Positions 32,646-46,301 of a stretch of 64,000 nucleotides of DNA are shown here, piece after piece. The notes beneath the pieces were generated by a model. That model did no database searches and was not told the DNA's origin. It saw only the letters and a program-made list of their open reading frames with translations. Source of the stretch: Epithemia pelagica (Eukaryota; Protista; Bacillariophyta); assembly GCA_946965045.2 (NCBI GenBank), contig OX337238.1, forward strand, positions 2,418,001 through 2,482,000. Reading direction: 5' to 3'. The position numbers and the translations under genes were made by a program. Position 1 is the stretch's first letter. Each line of letters opens with the position of its first letter.

Positions 32646-33175
32646 GGAAATAGGAAATAGCAAAAAACACGAGAACGGAATCGTGCGGAAGGATGCTCCC
32701 AAAGCAATTCTAGTGTTCCTACAGAGGATTGCGGGATGGAGAGCTCAACGCTGATACACCGCATTTCTTCCACAATTTGATATTGTGCAACGGATTGTCG
32801 AATCCCATGGTGCTTGGTGCAGAAAGGGTCCATGGAGAATTGGAGAAAATCCACAAAACGGTCCAAAAATCGAGAGGTTCTCTTCGCAACTACAATTGCA
32901 ATATGTGGTAATGTGTCAGTCTCGTGACACTAATCCTGCAACGAGAGCCTCCCGCACCAAGAGGTGCTTTCGGTCCAACACAGTCGTCTTACCGTGACGG
33001 AATACGTCGTACCCTAAGTGTTCATGAAAGTCTGACTTTCTCATGTGTACGTCCCTACATCGATGATTGATTCGGACATGATGTTTTCGTTCCGGATTTC
33101 GTGTGAAAGAGCAATCAGACATTCCTCTCATAGTCTTTCCACAATTCCCATTTCCTCGTTGTACCAACCAGCAGA

Positions 33176-35943
33176 ATGACACTCCCAGAACAAGCTCTCC
33201 AGTCTGGGCTAGTGTTTACCAATGGTAACAATGACAAGGTACCACAATGGAATGAGAACGACTGGCCGCCCTTGTTGGGTGGTTGGCGTGTCTTTCATGC
33301 GTCGGTTGTGCTGAACCATTCCGAGAAGGACAATGCACAAACTGTCGTAGTCCTGGGAGGATATCAAAATAAAGATGCTACCAATTCAGTTCTTGTGTTG
33401 AATTTGGACGAGGGAAATAAACGGTGGCAGGAAGCAGCACCCATGAACCAAACTCGACAGGAACATGCAGCTGTGGTTTGTAATGGCGGAGTTTATGTCA
33501 TTGGAGGATGGCGGGAGCGAAGTTCATTGCGCACTATCGAACGGATTGATGTTCGAGCCTTATCACAGGCGTCTCGGACAAACATGAATTCGAACCATTG
33601 GACGACATTGAATTGTCGCTTGACTACGTCACGATGTGGATGTTCGGCTGTTGCTGTTGGCAATCGCTACATTGTCATCGTTGGTGGATACAACGGAAGC
33701 CATTGTTTGTCGTCCGTTGATATTGTGGATACGGCTTTGCAGAACTACCACACTGTCATCACGGGACCATCGATGACAGTTGCTCGAGCATGGTGCGCAA
33801 GTACTGTTGTTGGCCACCGCATCTTTGTTGTTGGAGGCCGCAGAGCTGGAAGTACTAGATTGACGTCTAGTGAATCTTTGGAGTTCCAGCAGCCATCGAA
33901 CAATGACACAAATGAGACTGATACATCTACAGTCTTCCCCTCTTCTTCTGCTTGGAAGCGTAATAGCGATCTCGTTCTTTCTGTCGCACGTTCGAATCAC
34001 GCAGCTGTCAGAGTCGGATCGTGCATCGTAGTCGCAGGGAGTAATGATGGGTCATCTAAGTTTGTGGAGGTTTTGGATACTGAACGCAACATTGTTTGGA
34101 ACCTTCCACATTTGATCAGGGGGCGCAATCGTTCTACTATGGTTGCGGTGTCTGATGGAATTGCTGTGATTGGTGGAGAGGGGGTGGATACATGCGAGAC
34201 ACTGTCCCTGATTGACAGGAAAGCACATCTCAAGGTACGTCCCCTGCAGTTTACTCAGTATGATTACATGGCTTTTGTGGCTCATTGTCCTTCTGCTTCT
34301 TACCCTGATAATAGAGTATGTATTCAGGTCGAGCGGCACTTGACGCGGAAATGGAGAAACTTCTGCTCGCGATAGAGCTCGCCAAGGTTGAATACAGGGA
34401 CGAAGAGGTCTTGTATCAAGGTGCCAAGGCACAGTCCTTGCTTCCACTATTGGAATCACTGTACGAAGATGAAAAGTTTTTCTCGGTTGAAGATTTCGAG
34501 AAGAAAATTGATGAGCTAACAGTTCGAATGGAAAGCATGGATGTCATTCAAGAAAGGATTCCCCTCGTTCAAGAGGTGAAGAGGCTTACTGCACTTGTGG
34601 AACAAAATGGAGTCATACTGGAGGACAAGAAACTTCCTGGTAACAAGGGAGGATCGGTCCAAATATCGGAATCGTGTGTACCATGTGCTGGTGTTTTCTA
34701 TGAGAAACTTGTTGATCCTGAGGACATCGATGTACAATTACATGAGTTGTCGTTTCTGGTCTCAAACCTGAACCAATTGAAAGTATTTTATTCTTACCTG
34801 AATCACCTGCGTCGCTCGAAGTCTCTCCATGATGAAGATTGGCAACGATACTCATCAATAGCATTACACCAGACTAGCCGAAAGATGTCTGTGAGTGATT
34901 CTGCTTCGATCGAGATGTTTGAACGAATCGTCAGTCACTTCCGCAACGACGGAATTTTTGTCAACGAGAATATTATGCGTAGCATTGGCATCAATTCGAC
35001 ATCTTCAATCCAGGATACCATGTTGGATCTTTCTGAATTTAGAGTTGGGCAAATCCTCCCCATGGTAACACCACAAACTCTAAAGACGGCAACAGGCTAT
35101 CCTGTTCTGATGCATGTTCAGGCTTTGGGAAGATCTCTCAAGGAACTTTTGTCGGCATCTGAGGCAAGAGATGAGAATCATGTGGTTGTTGCAGTTATCT
35201 GTTCCATTTTGAATGCTTTGTCCTTTGGTGGCCCAGCGACGTTACACAGCAGTTCGAAACCGTCATCGGTCAACACTGTCCTTGACCAGATTGTGGATTA
35301 TGGCGATGTTGACCACGTTTGTTCTGTTGTGGATCAAAGCGGGAATGAATTGTTGCAACAGGTCTGCTCGGAGGGTCATGATATTGTAGATAGGGCAAGG
35401 ACTGCCGAGAGGAATCATGCCAAGAGTGAGGAGGGGAAGCATGGAACTCATCAGTTTTTGGTGTCTGTAATGGGTCTTTTGGCCAATGGTGTGACAAAAC
35501 TGATGCGCGAAAATACCAGATTGCGAACTGACGGCGAGTCGGAGAATCATGAAATAGTGACAATTTTGGCCTTGATTGTCACAGCCAAAGTGATCCAAAT
35601 TGCGGAACCAGCTGCAACGCTTGCAGGTGCGAGGGAGGAATGCATAGATAGTACTCAAGCTGATGTGAGCCAAGCACTACCTTCTTTATGCAGCCCTTTA
35701 ACTGTCATTCCGACGTCTGGTTCTGTTGAAAGCTTCCGAGGAGGCAAGGCCGCCACGCTGCTTGAGGGAACGTCAGCTCTGGTAGAGTCTGTTAAGGAAA
35801 TCAAGAGTGACAACATGTCGAACAAACACGTGATAGAGCTTCTCATATCGCAAGAAAAGGCTCATACAAAGGTGGTGGAGATGATGGAGAAATTAGACAA
35901 TCGCCAGAGCAAGTTGGAGGAATACCTTGGATACCATGGTTGA
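33176..35943 (+). CDS. Kelch / coiled-coil / novel helical-domain family copy 6 (long form), apparently intact
   Basis: Exon 1 33176-34234, 80-nt intron 34235-34314 (AAG|GTACGT..CTGAT..TAG|AGT ATG), exon 2 34315-35943. No stops in either exon. Confidence 0.85.
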
Positions 35944-37854
35944 TGAATGAGCTGGTGCGAAGCAACACACACACAATTGAGACATGTACATTACAGATTC
36001 AATGTTGCTCAACCATCCTTTGAGTGTTCTGTAGATTTTCATATTTATGTTTTTGAAGTGCTGGGCACAAACCAGGTTTTACAAAAAGTGGTTCAGTGTT
36101 CTGTGGGGATCGACATGCTGCTCACTGCATCTTGTGCCTTCTTGTAATTGTAAGTAGAGAGTGCATGTATCTAAAGGAACTATCAATATGTAGGGATCAA
36201 ATGATTGTAGCATGCCAGGACTTTTGTTTTGACGTTGTTTTGTACAATCCATTTATGTCAGTAGGACGAAACGTGGTGTGGTTCGCAGCAATGCCACCAT
36301 TGTTTCCCTAGCACCACCATATAAAATAAATGAGGCAGCTTTCCAGCGCATGACAATGGACACTGTGTACGTTGAAGCCTGCTGCCATCCTGAACGGATC
36401 ATGAAACAGGGCGTTTGCCGACAAAGCTGAGGCTTTTATCTCTGTCGTCGTTTCCATTGATGGGTCTCGATTCGTGTGTTGTTGGCCTCGTCGCAAGAGG
36501 CTAGAGCTAAATATATAGTCAAGGAGCATCGAATAATGGGAATGGAATGGCAGGGGAAACAGGAAACAAGTACGGCTCATGATCTATGTGCGTCAGTAGC
36601 TCGACTTGCATTTCGAACTGCCATCGAACTTTCATGGTGGCCTCCATTTGACTAATTAAAGCCTGCGTTTTCTGTTTTGTGAACGTATTGATGAGATGTT
36701 GCGCCGCGAGAATTCTAGTCCGGGTAGGCTCGGCTTTCGCGCAGGCCATTAGCGCGCCGGACGCGGTAGCATCTCCACACTCCACAAGAACAAAAAGTCA
36801 GCTCGAGTATCTTTTCACGATGATGAGAGATGAGAGACGCGAGACGAGAGAGAAAGAAAAGGAACAGAGGGGTATGCGAAATCAGAAGTCGACATGTCGA
36901 ACCGATCTACCTACCTAAAAGCCTTATCTCTGAAGGAATTGGGGACCGCTGTAGTTGCGTTGGAAGTTGGAACAATGACCACGTGACCAAATCTCCGATA
37001 CTGTCGACTGGGTGCGGAATCTTCCCTGTGCCCAAATTACAATGACAGCCAAAACAACTATAGGTGCAAACGCAGAACAACCTCGGAAAGCATCGCCCCG
37101 GGCCGTGGAAAATTTCAGATAGGTCATATCCATGCACCATCACAAAGCGATGATGGTCCACCGACTGTCCTCCTCCGCGTCCGAGGCATCAACCATATGA
37201 GTTGTGAGGCGGATTTTAACAAGAGAATGGCACGACAAAAAAAGACTGGCGGAATGATCCGTCAGTCCCCCACACATACAGTGATACAAAGTATTTGTTC
37301 CACTGGTAGCTGTCGTTGTTCTGCAAACCAGTGAGCGCATTTCCTTTGGTGAGGAACGGATCAAGAAACCCAGAAAACGCAAAGATAAGCAACAAAAGGA
37401 CGCAAACATCAAGAGGTCAAGGTGGTCCTCATGACGAGAAATGCCATTGCAATGCATTTTGGTTAAAGACAATGGTGGTGGGAGCTGCGGCATGATGACA
37501 CCATAGAAGTGGTGGTTCTCTGTCCAATGTTGTCAAAATGGTTGCATTAACTTGGACTAGCGGTGTTGTCGTGCAACCAGAGCCACCGCAGACATCCAAC
37601 AGTGAGAGACGCTCAAAGCGCTGCGGGTCCAAATGGATCAGTCCAGACTGGAAGAACTTATATCGAATGATCACATGGCCGGTTTTGGCGCTATGTCGTC
37701 TTGTCGTCCTCATGAAAGTCTGACATTATCTTGTGGACGTCCGTACGTCGATGATAGATTCGGACAAATTTTTTTGTCAGGATTTGGTGTGAAAAGCAAT
37801 CAGTTGACGGACATTGATTCATTGTCTTACTTCTTTTCAGCACCAACCAGTACA

Positions 37855-40660
37855 ATGGCACTGCAAGAACAAGCAATTCAGTCTGGGCTTGTGTTCTGCG
37901 ATGGCGACACTCATCATGTACCACCATGGAATGCGAACGACTGGCCGCCCTTGTTGGGTGGGTGGCGTTTTTGCCATGCATCGGTCGTGCTGAACCATCC
38001 CGACAAGGTGAAGGCACAGACTGTCGTAGTCACGGGAGGAAGAACACAAAATAAAGATATCACCAATTCAGTTCTTGTATTGAATTTGGGAGAGGAAAAT
38101 AAACAGTGGCAGGAAGGACCTCCTTTGAACGAATGTCGACGAGAACATGCGGCTGTGGTTTGCAACGGAGGTGTATATATCATGGGTGGATTGAGTGGAA
38201 AATCTGCCTCGGACAGTATCGAAAGAATTGATGTTGTAGACATGTTGGAAGCGTCACGGACAAAGAACCTGTCACAGCATTGGACGAGATTAAATTGCCG
38301 AATGACTTCGCCACGATGTGGATGTTCAGCTGTTGAAGTCGGAAATCGATACATCGTCATCATGGGTGGATACAACAGAAGCCCTTTATCGACGGTTGAT
38401 ATTGTTGATACGTCTCTGCAAAGCAACCACACTGTCATTCCGGGACCATTTATGACAGTTGCTCGGGCACGGTGTACAAGTACTGTTGTTGGTCACCGCA
38501 TCTTTGTTGTTGGAGGCCACAGTGGAAAAACCGTTTTGACATCAGTTGAATCTTTGGAGTTTGATCAGCCATCGAACACTGACGCGAAGAAGACTGGTGC
38601 GTCTACAGTCTTCCCCTCGTCGTCTGCTTGGACGCGTAACAGCGATCTCGTTCTTTCTGTCGCACGTTATACTCACGCAGCTGCCAGAGTTGGATCGTGT
38701 ATCATAGTTGCAGGGAGTAATAGTGGATCTACGATTGTGGAAGTTATGGATACCGAACGCAACATTGTGTGGAACCTTCCTCAATTAGTCGTAGATCGGA
38801 TTGGCTGTAGTATTGTTGCTGTCTTTAATGGAATCACTGTGATTAGTGGAGAGGGCGAAGATACATGCGAGATACTCCCTTTATTTGACAGAAAAGAACA
38901 ACTTAAGGTACGTACCATGCACTTGATTCAGGATGTTTATTCTATAGTGTTCATGCAACAATCCATGCCATTGTCCTCATGGTTTTTTTTTTCGATCTGA
39001 TTCTAGAACATGTATTCTTGTCGAGCAGAACTTGACGCGGAAATAGCGAAACTTCTGCTCGCGATAGAACTCGCCAAGGTTGAATACAGGGACGAAGAGG
39101 TCTTGGATCAAGGTGCCAAGGCACAGTCCTTGCTTCCATTATTGGAATCATTGTATGAAGAAGAGAAATTTTTCTCGGTTCAAGATTTAGAGAAGAAAAT
39201 TGATGAGCTGACAGTTCGAATGGAAAGCCTGGATGCTATTCAAGATAGGATTCCCCTTGTCCAAAAGGTGAAGCAGCTTACTGCGTTTCTTGAACAAAAT
39301 GGAGTCATATCTGAGGACAAGGTACTTCTGGGGAACAAGGCAGGATCGTTGAAAGGATCAAAATTTTTTGTACAATTTGTTGGCGTGTTCTATGACAAAC
39401 TTGTTTATCCTGGGGACGTTGACATTAAATTACATGAGCTATCGTTCCTGGTTTCAAACGTCAACGAAATGAAAGTCTTTTATACATATCTCAATCATTT
39501 GCGTCGTTCCAAGAATCTCTCTACCGAAGATTGGCAACGATACTCCGTCAACGCATTATACCAGACTTGCAGGAAGATGTCTGTGAGCGACTCTGCGTCC
39601 ACAGAGATATTTGAGGGAATCGTCAGTCAATTCCAAAAAGACGAAATCTTTGTTAACGAAAACATTATTCGGAGCATTGGAATCAATTCGAGATCCTCCA
39701 ACGCGTCGGGCAAATCCTCCCCTTGGCAACACCGAAATCTGTGAAGACTACATCAAGCTATCCTTTTCTGATCATGTTCAGGCTTTGGGTAGATCTCTCA
39801 AGGAACTTTTGTTTGCATTTGAGGCAAGGAATGAGAATCATGTGGCTGTTGCAGTTATCTGTTCCATATTGAATGCATTGTCCTTTGGTGGCCCTGAAAG
39901 GTTACACAACTGTGTCAAGATATCCTCGGTCAACTCTGTCCTTGACCAGATTGTCGATTATGGTGATGTGGATCATATTTGTTCTGTTGTGGATCGAAGC
40001 GGCAAGGAAGCTTTGCAACAGGTGTGCAAGGAGGGGCTTGACATTATACATAGGGCAAGGACTGCCGCGACGAATGATGACAAGAGTGAAGACGAAAATG
40101 ACGGAACCCGGTTGGTGGTCTCTGTCATGGGTCTTTTGGCGAATGGAGTGACAAAGCTGGTGCGCGAAACAACAAAAGTTGGAAGAGATGGCGAGGCGGA
40201 GAAACTTGAGGCAATGACGATTTTGGCCTTGATTGTCACTGCTAAAATGATCCACATGGTGGAATCAGCAGCACAGCTGGAAATCTCAAAGACAGAAAGC
40301 ACAGACGAATCCAAAACTGATGCGAAAAAAGTATTTGAGACCGGTCTTCAGTCCACACCTGTCTCTTCCACTACCTGTAGTCCATCTACCGTGGATCCTC
40401 AGCCACTTTTTTCTGTTGCGTCTCAAGGACGTGGAACGACTCTTGTGCAACGGCTTGTGGCTATAGAAGAGTCCATTGCGTCCTTGGTAGAGGAAAACAA
40501 CAGCGAAAGTATTTCAAACAAAGAAATGTATGCCCTGGTTCAGGTGGCCGTGGAGCACTGCAGGTCGCAGGAACAGAGTGCTCGGAAATTGGCTGAGATG
40601 ATGGAGAAATTAGACAATCGCCTGATCAAATTGGAGGAATTCCTTGGACATACGGGTTGA
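37855..40660 (+). pseudogene. Kelch family copy 7 (long form), frameshifted in exon 2
   Basis: ATG at 37855; intron 38908-39006. Relative to paralogs there is a ~31-nt deletion near 39705 and a 1-nt deletion near 39773, which split exon 2 into ORFs 39010..39744 and 39611..40660. Confidence 0.8.
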
Positions 40661-42112
40661 ATGAGTGCATGCCAAAGACATTCGTACAAAGTCTCACGGA
40701 CTCGCATGAAACGAGATTCTTTCTTCTTTTCTTTAATAATGAAGACAACTACCATCAGCTGTACATCATCTTTTTCGTTCGTGTCCTCGTTTTGTTCGTA
40801 TATTGCTTTGATTCATACTCCTAACTCCTAACCGCGCCCAGGAACAGTCACGACTCTTTTTGGATAGCCTTTTGACAGTAGACTGAAAAACTGAAACGGA
40901 TAAGCTTCGTCAACGGCGGTAGATGCTCTCGGTAGACATACATACGTATCGCTTTCTCACCTTGTCAGAGTCCTTGTCCCCTTGGATGTTTCGTTCTTGT
41001 CGTGAACCGGCAAAGAATGGATTTTTTCAAAAGATGGCGTCGGTACATAAAAGACACATCTTCAGACACATGACTTGTAAAATTGGCGGTTCTCGCCTCT
41101 CGCCTGTAATGAGACGTGAATAGGGCCAACGGGAGTCAGGATCAGTGCCAAAAGAGACAATGTAGCTCTCAATAGACCCAATTGTCTCACTATTTCGGCT
41201 CTCATGACATACAATGTGTGAATCGTTTGTTGTGAGTATGGGTCATGTAACACCAGTGAGAGGAGCATGGAGCAATGGGCCACGATACCACCGAGACAGT
41301 AGCAGCTTCTCGGCTTTGATTTGGCCTCTAGAGGTAATGGTCATGGTCATGGTGGCTCGACTTGCCTCTTTTGTGAGCGCAGATGTTGCGCCGTGTATAT
41401 CGTCCGGATACGCTCGGCATTGCGCGCAGGGCATGCGTCTGCCGGACGCGCCATCCAACCTTTTCCCACCACAAAACAAAATGGAGAGGAGCGAGATGGT
41501 CGAGGTCTCTTTACCGTATTGGGAATTGGGATATGGGAATTGGATCACCGTCGCTGCGTTGGAACGATAACTACCGACATTCTCAGATGCTGGTGACAGG
41601 GTGAAAGCATGCAAGCAAGTATCCAAACTTCCAACAGGGCGAAAGCATGCAAGCCGGATCAAAAGAAGAATACGCCAAAGTAATATCTGTTGTGTTGTCG
41701 TCAAACGAGATGTCGTTGGAGGATTCTTTCGCCTGTCCAAATCACAGTGACATTGACCATTGGAACGAATAAAGAACAAATGCGTCAAGTCACGGACGCG
41801 ACGAGCACAACGAGCTGTGCACCATCACAAAGCGGCTCTGGATTCCTAGATGGATTAGAGAAAGGCACGACAACAAGAAACTGGTCATATGGACCCCGAA
41901 AACGATAATCTTGGTGCTCAGCGGATCAATAAAACCTAGGAACGACCATGGGCCGCAAACATGGTGGTGGATGGAAGAGTGAGGGGTGTTCACGGAGCTG
42001 CCGAATATGGTCCTTTTGCTGTCCACAAAACTCAAAATTGATTGCAATAATTGATGTCTCTGGATGATGTGATCGAATGGCTCTGACCGGAACAATCGTC
42101 GTCGTATAGTGT

Positions 42113-42985
42113 TTGCCCATTCACAAGTCGAAATGGACCATGACGATGTGGCCATACTGGTACAAACCCCAGTCCGATTGCATGAGTGCCTTGCGATTAC
42201 CGGAACAAGAATTTGATGTCACCTTCAAGGTCTATCCCAATGGTCGAGCCAGTGGTTACTTGAATCGATTGCACGTTGGTGATTTTATTCATTCCTTTGG
42301 CATGACCAAGAATCGATGCCGGAATCCCGATGGAACCTGGATTGGCATTGTCGCCTATGGGGTCGGCATTACCGAAGCCTTGCCCGTGGCACGCGCCGAA
42401 TTGGAACGACCTGGACCAGGACCACCAACCAACGTCACGTTACTCTGGGCCTCTCGAACCCTGCACGATACCTTTTGGCACGATCAAATTCAAGCCTTGC
42501 AACAAACCTATCCGTGTTCTCCTCCAACGACTACCAGCTCCGAAACCAACGACAACGACACTACAAATCGATTTGAAGTGGCCTTTTTGTTTTCTCGGGA
42601 AAGCAACGAGTTTTTTCAAGCCCTTTCTTCTGCTGCTGGTTCGAATGCCACGACGACGAGCCATGTGCACATTCCACCATCCATTCGACAAGCGCGACAT
42701 GTCTTGTCGGGTCGTGTGACATCGTCCGTCTTGTCCACCGTCTTTGACCAGGCCTGTCATGATAAGGAGCATGCCCGATTCTTGTCGGTGGGAACCAAGG
42801 ACATGATGGACTTTACCAGTCAATTGCTCACCGACAAATTGGGGTTTGAGTTTCCCAAAAACGAATTGCTTCCCAAACAAACCATCGACACGGATGGAGA
42901 TAACGACATCGACAATGATCCAGACAAGAAGAAGAGGAAAAACAAGAAGAAGGACTCCAAGCGTCAAAAAACCAAGGAACCCTAG
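42113..42985 (+). pseudogene. 5'-truncated paralog of the FAD/NAD(P) oxidoreductase; retains the Lys-rich tail
   Basis: High similarity to 19850-20653. The N-terminus is missing, an ~11-nt deletion near 42160 shifts the frame, and KSYSM has become QSDCM. Confidence 0.8.
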
Positions 42986-43720
42986 TTATTCATCTTTGTG
43001 TTGTGTTACAACCAGCAGAACACCAGAGTCGTACGGAACTGCAAGACGACTTGACTTTTGCAAAAAGACAAAACGAGAGCGGAATCGTGGTGAAGGTGGA
43101 TCCCAAAGCGCCGCGGAGCTGGAGTTCGTACCGAGGATTGCGTAATGGACCTTTCCTTTCCCTCCCTACCAACGCTCATACAGCCCATTTCTTTTCCAGT
43201 TTGATATTATATACACAGAGTTGTCAAATCCTATGGTGTTTGGCGAAGAAAGAGTCCAAGGATTGAGAAAACAGTATTGACAAACCGGCCCAAAACACGG
43301 ACAGATCATCATCGCAACTACATATACCATTGCAATGCATTACTCGAAGACCAACGTGGTGCTGTAAGCTCCGAAAGGAGGACACCATAAACTCCAATAG
43401 CAATCCATACGGTTCGGTTCTCTGTCAAAAGTCTCGTGTGACAATACTGCTGCAACGACACTTAACCACTGCACATATCCTACAAGAAGGGGGCTGCCCG
43501 CAGAGGTGCGTTTCGGTCCAAAACCGTACGTCCATGCGGAATGCCTCGGACTCGTAGTTTTCAGGAAAGTGTGACTTTTTCGTTCGTACGACCGTATACG
43601 TCGATGATGGATTCGGACATGGTCTTTTGTTCCGGAATTGGTGTGAAAGAGTGGACACGGAGTCCGTTCCTCTCAAAGTCTTGCCACAATTTTCATTTCC
43701 TGGCACTATCAAACAGCACA

Positions 43721-46301
43721 ATGACAAGCCAAGAACAAGCTTTCCAGTCTGGGCTAGTGTTTTCCAATGGTAGCAATGATGAGATACCACAATGGAATGA
43801 GAACGACTGGCCGCCCTTGTTGGGTGGGTAACGTGAAGATCATGCGTCGGTTGTGGTGAACCATCCCGAGAAGGACCAGGCGCAAACTGTCGTAGTCCTG
43901 GGAGGATGGAAACAACATCAAGTAACCAATTCAGTTCTTGTATTGAATTTAGACGAGGAAAATAAGCAGTGGCAGGAAGGACCTCCGTTGAACAAATGCC
44001 GAAGAAGGCATGCAGCTGTGGTTTGTAACGGAGGAGTTTATGTGATTGGAGGAAGAGGAAGAGGAAGAGGAGGGAATCGAATTTCAGACTTGGACAGTAT
44101 TGAACGGATTGATGTTAGAGACTTGTTGGAAGCATCACGGACAAAGAAGACGTCAAAGCCAGGCAAAATATTGAATTATCGCTTGTTACTGGCGTCGCGG
44201 ACAAACATGCGTTTGAACCATTGGACGGGATTGAATTGCCGATTGACTGAGGCACGCAATGGATGCTCAGCTGCTGCTGTTCATGATAGATATATTGTCG
44301 TCTTGGGTGGAGGAAACTCATGCCATTATTTGGCGTCGGTTGATATTGTTGATACTGCTCTGAAGAGCAACCACACTGTCATTACGGGACCATGCATGAC
44401 AGTCGCTCGAGTACGGTGTGCAAGTATTGTGGTTGGCCACCGTATCTATGTTGTTGGAGAGGGTGATTTGTTTTTGAAATCGGTTGAATCTTTGGAGTTC
44501 CAGCCAACGGTCAATAACACGAAGGAGACTGATGCGTCTACAGTCTTTCCCTCGTCGTCTGCTTGGACGCTTCACAGCGATCTCGTTCTTTCAGATCTAA
44601 CTTATACTCACTCAGCTGTCAGAGTTGGATCGTGTATCGTAGTTGCAGGGGGTGATAATCGGTGTTTGGAGGTTTTGGATACTGAACGCAACATTGTGTG
44701 GAACCCTCCACTTTTGAGAACGGGGCGCGAGCGTTGTAGTATGATTGCGGTTTCTGATGGAATTGCTGTAATTAGTGGAGACGGGGAGGATACATGCGAG
44801 ACTCTGCCCCTGATTGACAGGAAATCAAATATTAAGGTACGTTTCATGCTGAACTGTTGTGAAAAGATTCACCCTTTATCCTTATTGTTCTTTCATGATT
44901 CCCCCTGTCCAAAAGGTGAAGCAGCTTACGGGGCTTGAACAAAATGGAGTCATACCTGAAGACAACAAGGTTTCTGGTAACAAGGTAGGCACGGTTCAGG
45001 AACCAGAACTCTACTTTCCCCATATTGGAGTTTTCTATGAGAAACTTGTTCATCCTGAGGACATTTATTTGCAATTGCATGAGATGTCCTTCTTGGTTTC
45101 AGACCTTACAGAATTGAAAGTATTCTGTTCGTTTCTGAATCATCTGCGTCGTTCCAAGAAACTCGTTACCGATGATTGGCAACGATACTCCTTGAACGCA
45201 TTGCACCAAACTTGCAGGAAGATTTCTGTGAGCGATTCTGCATCGATCGAGATATTGGAGGGAATCGTCAGTCAATTCCGGAAGGACGGAATCTTTGTCA
45301 ACAAACATATTATGCATAGCATTGGCATCAATTCGACATCCTCCAACGTGGAGGCCCAGTTGGAGCTTTCCGAATTTCGAGTTGGGCAAATCCTCCCCTT
45401 GGTAACACCACAAACTGCCAAGACTGGAACAGGCTTTTCTGCTCTGATGCATGCTCAGGCTTTGGGAAGATCCCTCAAGGACCTTTGCTCGGCAGTTGAT
45501 GCAAGAGATGATAATCATGTGGCTGTTGCCGTTATCTGTTCCATATTGAATGCCTTGTCCTTTGGTGGCCCCGAAAGGCTACACAACTGTGCCAAGCTAT
45601 CCTCGGTCAACTCTGTACTTGATCAGATAGTGGACTATGGGAATCTTGACCATCTTTGTTTTGTTGTGGATCAAAGCGAGAACAAAGCATTGCAACGGGT
45701 TTGCGAGGAGGGGCTTGACATTGTAGATAGGGCCAGGGTGGTCGAGAGGAATGATGACAGAAGTGAAATGGAGAACGATGGAATCAAGTTTCTGGTCTCT
45801 GCCATGGGTCTTTTGGCCAATGGAGTCTCAAAACTGACGCGCAAGAATTCAATATTGAAAAGTAGAGCGGAGGCGGATACTCATGAAGCAGTGACAATTT
45901 TAGCCTTGATTGTCACAGCCAAAATAATCCAAATGGTGGAACCAGCTGCTCAGGTTGAAGGTGCGAGTGAAAAAAGCACCAATAGTACAGAGGCTGATGC
46001 GATGAAAACAGTTGGAACAAACTTCTCCACACCTTCTCTCTGCAGTGCTATCACTGTCGTTCCTGCGTCTCGTTCTCGTGGATGGTTCCGAGGAGGCAAG
46101 AGGCTACGAGAACATATATCATCTCTGGAAGGGTCCGTGGCATTCATGGTAGAAGAAATGAAGAGTGACAAGATTGCAAATAAGCACGTGATAGAGCATC
46201 TCAAGTCGCAAGAAAAGGCTCATGCAAAGGTGGTGGAGATGATGGAGAAATTAGACAATCGCCTGAGCAAGATGGAGGAATGCCGTGGATACCATGGTTG
46301 A
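43721..46301 (+). pseudogene. Kelch family copy 8 (long form): early TAA and deletion of splice acceptor plus first coiled-coil
   Basis: MTSQEQAFQSG..LLGG-TAA (43829-43831, W in paralogs). After the donor at 44837 the sequence jumps near 44897 straight to IPPVQKVKQL, so the acceptor and the MYS..QDR segment are missing. Confidence 0.8.

Noticed and set aside
34235-34375. Regulated intron retention as a family-wide isoform switch
   Set aside because: The intron is stop-free only in copies 6 and 9. Other copies have in-frame stops within the intron, so it is not a conserved feature.
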